A DNA stretch of 46,612 bases from Pseudomonadota bacterium (GTDB taxonomy: Bacteria; Desulfobacterota; Desulfobacteria; Desulfobacterales; JBDRRP01), in contig JBDRRP010000152.1 in the NCBI GenBank assembly GCA_043825735.1, forward strand, positions 62,001 through 108,612, read 5' to 3'. This document shows, piece by piece, positions 29,594-38,878 of the stretch. Position 1 is the stretch's first letter, and every line of letters starts with the position of its first letter. The translations under genes were made by a program, and so were the position numbers. Below the pieces are notes generated by a model, which was given only the letters and a program-made list of their open reading frames with translations, was not told where the DNA came from and made no database searches.

Positions 29594-32500
29594 TTAGCTC
29601 ATGACGGCACAGACGGTGGCGCCGATCTGCGCGTCTCTGAAATGGAGCATGTCTATGGCTTTCTGCGGACAGGTGGCAGCGCACAGCCCGCAGCCCTTGC
29701 ACGATGCCGCAATGTTTCTCGCACGCAGCCCCTTGCCCTCGGTCTCGTCCATGGTGATCGCCCCGAAGGGGCACACCTCGGCGCACAGACCGCATCCGAT
29801 GCATTTTTCCGTATCGATCTGGGATACCGTGGGGGCGATGTCGATGGCCGCGCGGGAAAGTACGGTCGCCGCCCGACTGGCCGCGGCCATGGCCTGGGCG
29901 ATACTCTCATCAAGGGCCTTGGGATAGTGGGCGATGCCGCACATGAAAATCCCGTCGGTGGCAAATTCCACCGGCCGCAGCTTGGCATGGGCCTCCATGA
30001 AAAAGCGCTCCGCGTTCATGGGGACCTTGTAAAGCTCTGAGATGGTGGTGCCGTCGGCCGGCTCAATCGCCGTGGCCAGGTTCACCAGGTCGGCCGCGAT
30101 GGTGACTTCCTGCTGAAGGATCGGCTCAAAGACCGACACTTGCAGGCGATCGCCCGCCGGGGTGACCACCGGCTTGCGATCGAGGGTGTAGCGGATAAAG
30201 ATGACTCCCAGTGCGCGGGCTTTTTTGTAAAGCAGTTCGCGCTCGGCGTAAGTCCGGATGTCCCGGTACAGGACATAGACGCCGGCCTCCGGGTTTTGCT
30301 CTTTCACCCAGATGGCCTGGGATACGGCGGTGGTGCAGCAGATCCGCGAGCAGTAGGGGCGCTTGTCATCCCTGGAGCCGACACACTGAATAAAGACCAC
30401 GCTTTCCGCGGCCTTCACCCGTTCGAGGTCATGTTCGATGTCGTGCCACCGACCCACCCGGTCGCTTTTGCCAAAGCCGTACTCCTCGGTCGTTGTGGCC
30501 TGGCCGCCGGTGGCCACGATTACCGCCCCGTGGCTGATGGTCCGGGCGTCCGCGCCGTCCATGATGACGGTGGTCTCGAAATTGCCGACAAATCCCAAGG
30601 CCGCCGTGGGCGATGCATTGAGCAGCACCTCGATCTTGGGGTGGTTCTCTACGCGATTGACCAGATCGGCCACAAAGGGTGCCACCGCAGTGCCGCTCCA
30701 GGTTTTGGAAACGTCCAAGGCGGCGCCCCCGAGCTTGCCGGAGCGCTCTACGATAACCGCCGGAAACCCCTGATCGGCCAGATTGATCGCGCTGGTCATG
30801 CCCGCCACGCCGCCGCCGATGATCAGAGCCGTCTTGTTGACCGCCACGGACAGCTCCGGAATCGACTCCAGCAGAGCGGCCCGGGACACGGCCATGCGCA
30901 CCAGGTCCTTGGCCTTGCCGGTGGCCGTGGCCTTGTCGGTGGAATGGACCCAGGTGCACTGATTGCGGATATTGGCCATCTCGAACAGGTACGGGTTCAG
31001 GCCGGCGCCGCGGATGGTTTCCTGAAACAGCGGCTCGTGGGTTCTGGGTGTGCAGGCCGCCACCACGATTCGGTTGAGGTTCTGCGCCTTGATCACTTCG
31101 ATCATCTTGTCCTGAGTGTCCTGGCTGCAGGTGAAGAGGTTTTCCTCCACATAGGCCACACCGGGCAACTGTCTGGCGTATTCCGCAATGGCAGGGACAT
31201 CGGCAAATCCGCCGATGTTCACGCCGCAATTGCACACGAACACGCCGATGCGCGGCCCCTGCCCGGCAACGTCTGTCTGTGTGGGAAAGGCGGCGCTTTT
31301 TACCAGAGTATCCCGGGCCGAGGCCAGACTCACGCCGGCGCAGCAGGCCGCCGCACTCGCCTCCATTACCGACTGAGGAATGTCCTTACAGCCCTGAATG
31401 ACGCCGGCCACGTAAATGCCGGGTCTGGATGTGGACACCGGCGTGGTATCATTAGTTTTCACAAACCGGTGCTCGTTGAGCTCCAGACCCAGTGTTTTGG
31501 CCCCTTCCAGCGCCTTGATCGAGGGCTCCATCCCGACGGACAAAACAACCATGTCGTAGGTTTCCACGACCCGTCGGCCATCATCTGAGGCATATTCCAG
31601 ATTCAGGGTACCGCTGGGATCGGCCTGGGTGATGGAGTGCACCCGGGAGCGGATGAACCGCACGCCGTCGCTTTTGGCACGATTGTAATATTTTTCGAAA
31701 TCCTTGCCGTGGGTGCGCATGTCCATGAAAAAAATGGTGGACTCGAAATCGCCGCCGATGTGCTCCTTGGCGATAATCGCCTCCTTGATGGCGTACATGC
31801 AGCATACCGACGAGCAATACGAATTGTCGCAGCGGTTGAGATCCCTGGAGCCCACACACTGGAGCCAGGCAATCTTCTTGGGCTCGGCCTCGTCGGAGGG
31901 CCTGAAGATATGCCCGCCCGAGGGCCCCCCGGCAGACAGGATCCGCTCGAACTCGAGGCTGGTGACCACGTTGGGCAGCTTTGCGTACTGGTAATGATCG
32001 AACGCCGAGGGGTCAAAGGCCTGAAGTCCGGCGGTAAATATTACCGAGCCCACCGCCACGGTGACCGCTTCGGGTTTTTCATCGAATTTGATAGCAGCCG
32101 TGGGGCAGAACTTTTCGCAGGCCTTGCACTTGCCTTTTTTGAAATAAATGCAGTGCGCGGCGTCGATGGCGTACTTCAGCGGCACCGCCTGGGGATAGGG
32201 CACGTAGATGGCTTTGCGCTTGGCAAGGCCTTCATCATAGGCATTGTCGACTTTCGCCGGGCATTTCTCGGCGCAGGTGCCGCAGGCGATGCACTTGTCC
32301 ATGTCGACGTATCTGGGGTGCTTGGTGATGGAAACGGTAAAGTTGCCCTCTTGCCCGTCGATATGGGTCACTTCCGAAAGGGTGAGCAGCTCAATGTTCG
32401 TGTGCCGGCCGACCTCGACCAGTTTGGGTGAAATAATTCACATCGCGCAGTCGTTGGTGGGAAAGGTCTTGTCCAGCTGGCTCATCACGCCGCCGATGGC

Positions 32501-32617
32501 GGGCGACTGTTCCACCAGGTAGACGTAGAAACCGGAATTGGCGAGGTCGAGCGCAGACTGCATGCCTGCAATCCCCCCGCCGACAACCATTACCGCTCCA
32601 TTGACGTTGGTGGCCAT
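29594..32617 (-). CDS. hdrA: Tandem-module HdrA-family flavoprotein, selenoprotein (Sec60), 1007 aa
   Basis: ATG at 32617 after [18 protein letters not shown](32438-32440)[16 protein letters not shown] is in frame with track ORF 29594-32371. Confidence 0.93.
32405..32422 (-). promoter_or_regulatory. Bacterial SECIS hairpin for Sec codon 32438-32440
   Basis: CUGGUCG-AGGU-CGGCCGG starts 15 nt after the UGA. Confidence 0.8.
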
Positions 32618-32855
32618 CGAAGTCTCCTTTGAAGTTTCGGTCGCCTGAAGACAGGCAAAAAAATACCGCCGGTTCCAGCAGGCAACGGCAGAAAAGTACT
32701 CCGGCAACACGTACTGAACATCATTTAGTTGCTACGGGCCCAATTAGTTGATAACCTGCCTGGAGTCAAGGGTAAAACCGGCCCTGCGTCACACGCAATG
32801 GCGCCCGGTGCCCGTCTTCCAGCGGCCGCCGACGCGTCCCGCTGGGGAAAAAACC

Positions 32856-34412
32856 ATGACCGCTCGCGCTCAACCCCCGATTATCAACATCGGCCTCGTC
32901 GGCGGCGGCCCACTGTGCCTGGAGCTGCTGGAGAAAACACGGTTCAATTATCACGCCGCCGGTGTTCAGACCCCCATCCTGGCCGTTGCCGATCCTGAGG
33001 ACGACGCTCAGGGAAAACGGATGGCCGATGAAATGGGGCTGCTCACCTTCTCGGACTACCACGATCTTTACGACCGGCGTTACAACATCCACCTGATCAT
33101 CGTTCTCACCCCCGATGCGAATATTCTCGAGGATATCCTCAATACCCGCCCCCAACGGATCCGAATCCTGTCCTATCACGTGTTCAAGATTTTCTGGGAA
33201 ACCATCGCCCAGGAGGAGCGCAAACTCAGAGAACAGAAAACGGCCATGAAGACCATTCTCAACGGCATCCAGGACTTCATCCTGGTTATCACACCGGAGA
33301 TGGAGATCGTCGAAGCCAATGAGGCGTTCTTCGAAAAAATGGACTTTACCCGGGAGGAGGTCATCGGGAAAACCTGCCATGGCATCTTAGAAAACCGAGA
33401 CCACCCGTGCCCTCCCCCGCTTTTCGAGTGTCCCCTGAAGCGGGTAGTGCGCGACAAGCGCCAAGCCTGTCAGGTGCGTACCCGTACCGATAAACATGGC
33501 GACCAGCGGCACTTTGAAGTCAACGTCTACCCCGTCTGGGAAAAGGACGGGAAAATCTCTAAATTCATTCACATCAGCCGTGACATCACCCAAAGGGTAA
33601 AAGCCGAGGAAGAGATCACCCGCCGTCTCGAACAGATGGTGCAGGACCGCACGCGGGAACTCAAACAGACCCATGAACAATTGCTGCACCAGGACAAGAT
33701 GGCCTCGCTGGGAAAACTGTCAGCGTCCGTCGTCCATGAAATCAACAACCCCATCGCCGGCATCTTAAACCTGATCATGCTGATGAAACGGGTGATGGCT
33801 GAAGAGAAGATTCCGGAGGCCGAAGCGCTGAAACCGTTTCACGGCTACATGGATCTCATGGAGACGGAAACCCGGCGCATCAGCCGGATCGTCTCCAACC
33901 TGCTGGCCTTCTCCCGCCAGTCCCCCTTGGCGATGCGCACGCTCAATGTGAACCGCCTCATCGAGCGCACCCTGATTCTCAATGCCAACCTGCTGAAACT
34001 CAACAAGGTCAAGGTAGAGACCACACCGTTTGGCGAAATCCCCGACATCATGGGCTCCGAGGATCAGCTCCAGCAGGTATTCATGAACCTGGTGTCCAAC
34101 GCGGCCGAAGCCATGGAAGGCAACCGCGGCGGCCGTCTGGTCATCCGCACGACACATCGACCCGAGACCGCGCAGGTCTTGGTCGCATTCAGTGATACGG
34201 GGCCGGGCATCCCGCCGGAACATCGGCAACGGCTGTTCGAACCGTTTTTTACCACCAAGAAAAAAGGCAAGGGGGTCGGTCTCGGCCTGTCCGTGGCCTA
34301 CGGCATCATCCAGGAGCATCACGGACAGATCACCGTTGACAGCTCGCCTGACGGTGCGATCTTCACCGTGTCGCTCCCCGTGGAGGGAAAATGGGAACCA
34401 CCAGTATTCTGA
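32856..34412 (+). CDS. Cytoplasmic sensor histidine kinase with N-terminal Rossmann-like and PAS domains
   Basis: INIGLVGGG...ILAVAD (Rossmann-like), PAS (ANEAF..EVIGKTCH, RDIT), H-box VHEINNP, N-box NAAEA, DTGPGI and GVGLGL. No TM segment seen. ATG at 32856 preferred. Confidence 0.92.
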   Translation: MTARAQPPIINIGLVGGGPLCLELLEKTRFNYHAAGVQTPILAVADPEDDAQGKRMADEMGLLTFSDYHDLYDRRYNIHLIIVLTPDANILEDILNTRPQRIRILSYHVFKIFWETIAQEERKLREQKTAMKTILNGIQDFILVITPEMEIVEANEAFFEKMDFTREEVIGKTCHGILENRDHPCPPPLFECPLKRVVRDKRQACQVRTRTDKHGDQRHFEVNVYPVWEKDGKISKFIHISRDITQRVKAEEEITRRLEQMVQDRTRELKQTHEQLLHQDKMASLGKLSASVVHEINNPIAGILNLIMLMKRVMAEEKIPEAEALKPFHGYMDLMETETRRISRIVSNLLAFSRQSPLAMRTLNVNRLIERTLILNANLLKLNKVKVETTPFGEIPDIMGSEDQLQQVFMNLVSNAAEAMEGNRGGRLVIRTTHRPETAQVLVAFSDTGPGIPPEHRQRLFEPFFTTKKKGKGVGLGLSVAYGIIQEHHGQITVDSSPDGAIFTVSLPVEGKWEPPVF

Positions 34413-35734
34413 TCGTCGACGACGAGCGCATCATGAGAGAATCCCTGGCCGGCTGGCTGGAACGCGACGGTCACAGCGTCAAGACCGCCGCCAGTGGTGA
34501 GGAGGCACTGGAACGGTTCCAGAAGGAGCGATTTCAGATTCTGCTGGTAGATATTAAAATGGAGGGCATCAGCGGTCTGGAGGTGCTCAAGGCCGTCAAG
34601 GAGCAGGAACCCGACACGGCCGTCGTCATGATCACCGCCTACGGCGCGATTTCCACAGCCATCGATGCCATGAAAAACGGCGCGTGGGATTATCTGCTCA
34701 AACCTTTCGACCCCAACGAGCTCGGGGTGCTCATTGACAAGATCCTCGATCATCAGGCCCAGGCCAGGGAGAACCTCTACCTGCGGGAGCAGTGGAAGGA
34801 GCAGACCCGTTTCGAAAGCATGATCGGCCAGGCCGAACCCATGCAGCGGGTGTTTGACATGATCCGCGACGTGTCGCCCACCGATGCCACAGTGCTCATC
34901 ACCGGTGAGACCGGAACCGGAAAGGGCCTGGCCGCCAAGGCCATCCACTCCAACAGCCCCCGGTGCGAAGGGCCGTTTGTGGTTGTCAACTGCGGCGCCG
35001 TACCCGAGCACCTCATGGAAAGCGAACTTTTCGGCCACCAGAAAGGCGCGTTCACCGATGCCCGGGAAACCCGCAAGGGGCGCCTGGAGCTGGTCCATGG
35101 GGGGACCCTGTTTCTCGATGAAATCGGTGAAATCAGCATGCGGATGCAGATCGATCTGCTCCGGGTGCTGGAAGATAGGGTGTTTTACCGGGTGGGGGGC
35201 ACCCAGCCCATCGACGCCGATTTCCGGGTCATCGCCGCCACCAACCGGGATCTGGCATCGGCCATCCGGGAGCGCAGATTCCGGCAGGATCTCTTCTACC
35301 GGCTCAACGTCGTCCAAATGCACATGCCGCCCCTGAAGTCGCGCAAGGCCGACATCCCCCTGCTGGCCGACCACTTTTTGCGCCGCTTTGCCCAGGAAAC
35401 CAACAAACCCGTGGACGGATTCACCCGGGATGCCATCGATGAGCTGATGCTCTACGACTGGCCCGGCAACGTGCGGGAACTGGAAAATGCCATCGAGCGC
35501 TCGGTAGTGGTCGGCAAGGGCCGAAAAATCACACCGGCCGATCTGCCGATTCTGTGTGCGATCACACCGCCCGCATCGACCGGCACCGCTCTGAAAGATG
35601 TGGAGCGCACCCATATCGCCCGCATTCTGGATGAGTCCCAGTGGAACATTTCACGGTGCGCGAAGCTGCTGGGTGTCGATCGATCCACCCTGTATCAGAA
35701 GATCAAACGATACGGACTCGAGAAGCCGGACTGA
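34391..35734 (+). CDS. Sigma54-dependent response regulator (NtrC/AtoC family)
   Basis: REC domain, GETGTGKG, ESELFGHQKGAFTDA, LFLDEI, WPGNVRELEN and HTH. It overlaps the kinase gene. Confidence 0.95.
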   Translation: MGTTSILIVDDERIMRESLAGWLERDGHSVKTAASGEEALERFQKERFQILLVDIKMEGISGLEVLKAVKEQEPDTAVVMITAYGAISTAIDAMKNGAWDYLLKPFDPNELGVLIDKILDHQAQARENLYLREQWKEQTRFESMIGQAEPMQRVFDMIRDVSPTDATVLITGETGTGKGLAAKAIHSNSPRCEGPFVVVNCGAVPEHLMESELFGHQKGAFTDARETRKGRLELVHGGTLFLDEIGEISMRMQIDLLRVLEDRVFYRVGGTQPIDADFRVIAATNRDLASAIRERRFRQDLFYRLNVVQMHMPPLKSRKADIPLLADHFLRRFAQETNKPVDGFTRDAIDELMLYDWPGNVRELENAIERSVVVGKGRKITPADLPILCAITPPASTGTALKDVERTHIARILDESQWNISRCAKLLGVDRSTLYQKIKRYGLEKPD

Positions 35735-35816
35735 TGAGCCTTAGACAGCCTCATGCCTCAATGCGCCGCGGCGCCGCGGCGCCGTTCTCCCGGGCCGGGC
35801 GCCAGACTGGCGGCCT

Positions 35817-36377
35817 ATGACGCGGGCAAACGGCACCATGGTCCTGTCGCCCATCGGACTGCTGCCCGAGGAGCTCCTTTCCGAAGTGGCAACAGCGGTC
35901 ACCCGGGCCTTTGGTTGCCACACGGCGGTGGTCTACCTCCTTGAAAATGCGGATTTCGCATTTGACGCACTGCGCCACCAGTACCATTCCACCGCCATTT
36001 TGGAGCGCCTTGCCGCCAGCAGCCCGGTTCACGCAGACAAGATCCTTGGCCTGACCACGGTGGACCTGTTCATCCCCATCCTCACCCACGTTTTCGGCGA
36101 GGCGCAGCTCGGCGGCAGGGCCTGCGTGGTGTCCACCTGCAGGTTGCTGCTGCCCGCGTCACCACTGCCGGGCGGCAGCCGGTACCAGCGGATCAGCAAG
36201 GAAGCGATCCACGAACTGGGCCACACCTTTGATCTGCGGCACTGCCGGGACCCGGCCTGCGTCATGCATTTCTGCCGCAGTGAAAATGACGTGGACCGCA
36301 AATCGAGCCGGTTCTGCCGCTACTGCCAGGTGCTTTTGGATGACGTTTTGACACTGCACCGCAGCAACCCCGGCTGA
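35817..36377 (+). CDS. Archaemetzincin (peptidase M54) zinc metalloprotease
   Basis: RHQY, VFGEA, KEAIHELGHTFDLRHC...CVM..DVDRK..FCRYC. Confidence 0.9.
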   Translation: MTRANGTMVLSPIGLLPEELLSEVATAVTRAFGCHTAVVYLLENADFAFDALRHQYHSTAILERLAASSPVHADKILGLTTVDLFIPILTHVFGEAQLGGRACVVSTCRLLLPASPLPGGSRYQRISKEAIHELGHTFDLRHCRDPACVMHFCRSENDVDRKSSRFCRYCQVLLDDVLTLHRSNPG

Positions 36378-36404
36378 CCGTGTGCAGATCACATCCGATG
36401 AAGG

Positions 36405-36620
36405 GGTGTCGCAGGTATCCGCTTTTTCGGCCCCGACTTCTTCCGATGATCGCTGTTAGCACCCAGCCGCCGCAGCGTGACCGGACCCGGCGCAAAGAAT
36501 CGGCGGCATGAACGACGATGGTCGTCGACTGCCGACGGTCAAATCCTTTATCCCGGCGCCGGCGGCGGTGCTCAGGTGCCTTTTGTTGTCGGGGCCGAAA
36601 AAGCGGATGCCTGCGACGCC
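36405..36620. repeat. 216-bp element bounded by 33-bp inverted repeats (REP-doublet/MITE-like or structured RNA)
   Basis: Arms 36405-36437 and 36588-36620 are reverse complements at 31 of 33 positions. It lies between convergent genes. Confidence 0.8.
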
Positions 36621-36759
36621 GATGACACTTGGAAACATGATTTTCGGCGACAATTCCGTCCGGTAATGTCAGCCGCGCCCCGACTGCCAACGCACACCCA
36701 GATCCCGTCGCCGCCTTTCATGCGAAATGGCCCAGAGGCCCGGACTGCGGCGCGCGCGT

Positions 36760-37686
36760 CTATTGCAGATACCGGCGCACCAGGTTGTTCCAGCCCAGCT
36801 CGGGCAAGCTGCCGTAGATATCTTTTCCCAGAAAACCGCCGTCCGCCGCCAGCGGCATGATGGCCTCGATGTCTTCGTATAGATGGTCGATATCCTCTGT
36901 AAACAGGGCGGCGGCGGCGGTGCCTATGAAAAGCCGCTTCAGATCCTGCCGGATGGCGCTAGGATGCATGCGCAAAATCCATCCTTCTCCGTATGGATCA
37001 ACGGCGGCCAGCGCACCGTTATCGGCCACCCGCGGGTTGGTTTCAGTCACTACCCCGGCGATGGGCATCAACAGGTGGGCCTCCCGGCCGCCCCGCTCGA
37101 TTCGGATGCCCGCGTCCCCCCGGTTAAAGGCTTTTCCCATAAGCGGCGCCGCGACCCGGTCCGGCGGACCCAAAAGCCGCCAGGCGAAATCATCCACCCC
37201 CACCCGCACCATGCCCCCCTCCTCAATCGTCATCCAGGTATGGCACGGATGCAGGTAGTAGCCTTGGGGGATGGCAAACCCGCTCACATGCATCAGCGCC
37301 ACCGGGCGGACAGCGGCAAACACGGTATGCTGGTCGAGAAAGTACTGGTCGAATTCGCAATCCGCGCAGCCATAGTCGTGGGTGCAGGAGCGAAACGCGA
37401 TACGGCCCCTGAGGTGATGAAGGCATGGCCGACGGCGCGGCGGCAGACTCATGATCGCCTGCCGCCAGTGCACCAGTCGCCCCCGGTTTCCGGCAGACCG
37501 CAGGCCGGACCGGGCCATCAAGCGGTTATATCGGGTTTGCCGGGTCAACACGCGATCGTATCGGCAGTCGGCGCAATGGAACTGTTTTAGGCAGTTTTTT
37601 TTCCGCACCACCCCGGCGACCACCCACGGGCACTGTATCCCGGTCTCCGCTGGGTTTTGATCGTTTCTGAAGATTGCTTCTGGCAC
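36760..37686 (-). CDS. GcvH-like protein with two N-terminal Cx12Cx5Cx2C repeats, no lipoyl Lys
   Basis: GTG at 37686 after GGAGG. HTW, VRVGVDDFA, PIAGVVTETNP and DPYGEGWI match the H-protein fold. The ESVK position reads ERGG. Confidence 0.85.
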   Translation of the reverse strand: MPEAIFRNDQNPAETGIQCPWVVAGVVRKKNCLKQFHCADCRYDRVLTRQTRYNRLMARSGLRSAGNRGRLVHWRQAIMSLPPRRRPCLHHLRGRIAFRSCTHDYGCADCEFDQYFLDQHTVFAAVRPVALMHVSGFAIPQGYYLHPCHTWMTIEEGGMVRVGVDDFAWRLLGPPDRVAAPLMGKAFNRGDAGIRIERGGREAHLLMPIAGVVTETNPRVADNGALAAVDPYGEGWILRMHPSAIRQDLKRLFIGTAAAALFTEDIDHLYEDIEAIMPLAADGGFLGKDIYGSLPELGWNNLVRRYLQ

Positions 37687-37732
37687 GGCGCCACCTCCTC
37701 GCCACGGCATTACGGATACGCACCTGATCGGG

Positions 37733-38719
37733 CTATCCTGTTTTCAGGAAGGTACGGGCCAGTTGCGACCACCCCAGCTGCGGCAGAACACCGAAAATAT
37801 CGTTGGCGAGAAACCCGCCGTCCGTAGCCATGGGGCCTGCGGTCTCTTCGATCAAACGCTCCAACCGGACGATTTCTCCTGTCATCCAGGCGGCGCCATC
37901 GGCGTCGGCCATGAGCTGCCGGAGGGTGCCCTTGACATCGGGCGTGCGCACGGTAAACAGCCAGCCGTCCTCGTATGGGGATCGGCTGACCGCGCCGGGC
38001 TGTTCGCGGATCCGGGGATTGACATCGACGATCACACCGCCAACCGGTGAGAGCACATCGGCATCGTGGTCCTTACGGCGCAGGCCCCAACCGGCTTTGC
38101 CGGGATCCAGCTCTTTTCCCATGAGGGGCAACTCGAAAGCGTCGGCCGGCCCGAACACTTTCCCGGAAAAATCGTCCATCCCGATACGGATGAAGCCGCC
38201 GCTTTCCACCCTGGCCCAGGCATGACCGGCATGGTAGTGGCACTCAAGGGGCATTGCGAACCCTCTGATTTGCTGCGTCTCGCCGGTTGCCGGCACGCTG
38301 CGGTAGGCCAGCAGGTCTTCCAGCGCCTGGTCGAAATCGCACCGCTCGCAGCGGTAGTCGTAGGCACACGCGCGGGCATCGATACGCCCGGTCAGGCTGT
38401 GACGGCAGATGCGGTCTTTGTCAGCGCGCAGCCTCATGGCATCCTGCCATCGCATCTGTTTTCCGGTGGCCACCTTGCGCTGCATTCCCTGGTCGTATCG
38501 GCATGCCGTGCAGTCGTAGTAATTGCTGCAGTTTTTGTTCTTTACCACGCCCGCCCGGGTCCACAGACAGGGGTGCGCAAGGGTGCGGGTCTCGTCCGGG
38601 GTCACGCGCCACACGTGGCCGCCCAGCACCGCACCGATGCCCTCGTGATCCCCGCCCCTGCCATAGGTCGAACCGTAACCGACGCTGCTGCGGCTTGCAT
38701 TTCGTGTCTGTGCTGACAT
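37733..38719 (-). CDS. GcvH-like protein with two N-terminal Cx12Cx5Cx2C repeats, canonical lipoyl motif absent
   Basis: ATG at 38719 with AAAGGAG RBS. HAW, IRIGMDDF, SPVGGVIVDVNP and SPYEDGWL. The ESVK position reads RRKD. Confidence 0.85.
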   Translation of the reverse strand: MSAQTRNASRSSVGYGSTYGRGGDHEGIGAVLGGHVWRVTPDETRTLAHPCLWTRAGVVKNKNCSNYYDCTACRYDQGMQRKVATGKQMRWQDAMRLRADKDRICRHSLTGRIDARACAYDYRCERCDFDQALEDLLAYRSVPATGETQQIRGFAMPLECHYHAGHAWARVESGGFIRIGMDDFSGKVFGPADAFELPLMGKELDPGKAGWGLRRKDHDADVLSPVGGVIVDVNPRIREQPGAVSRSPYEDGWLFTVRTPDVKGTLRQLMADADGAAWMTGEIVRLERLIEETAGPMATDGGFLANDIFGVLPQLGWSQLARTFLKTG

Positions 38720-38775
38720 GGCCATCTCCTTTTCTGAATTGTGAGCGCGTTCATTCTCGATTGACCTAAATTATG

Positions 38776-38791
38776 AGCAAGTCGCATGCCA
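38776..38791 (-). promoter_or_regulatory. Sigma54 (-24/-12) promoter for the gcvH-like pair
   Basis: TGGCATGCGACTTGCT on the minus strand has GG-N10-GC spacing. There is an IHF-like AAACAGTCTGTTA at 38819-38831. Confidence 0.85.
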
Positions 38792-38878
38792 TCATTGACA
38801 GCGCTCCGAACGTGGGGCTAACAGACTGTTTTTTTAGTATTTTTTGTATTTTGAGAAAACCTATGCCGCAGGACGCGG

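Noticed and set aside
26696..32431. Long plus-strand ORFs (300, 590, 482 and 264 aa)
   Set aside because: They are antisense to hdrA/mvhD. Their mutual similarity only mirrors the paralogous sense genes.
24004..32710. Reading the split hdrA/mvhD/hdrD ORFs as pseudogenes or separate small genes
   Set aside because: Every break is TGA at a conserved Cys, stays in frame and is followed by a SECIS-like hairpin.
32741..32769. Sigma70 promoter for the hdr operon (TTGACT-17-TAATTG, minus strand)
   Set aside because: The -10 match is too weak to call.
34319..35614. 431-aa minus-strand ORF; likewise 22230-23303 and 43026-44099 on the plus strand
   Set aside because: These are antisense shadows of well-supported genes.
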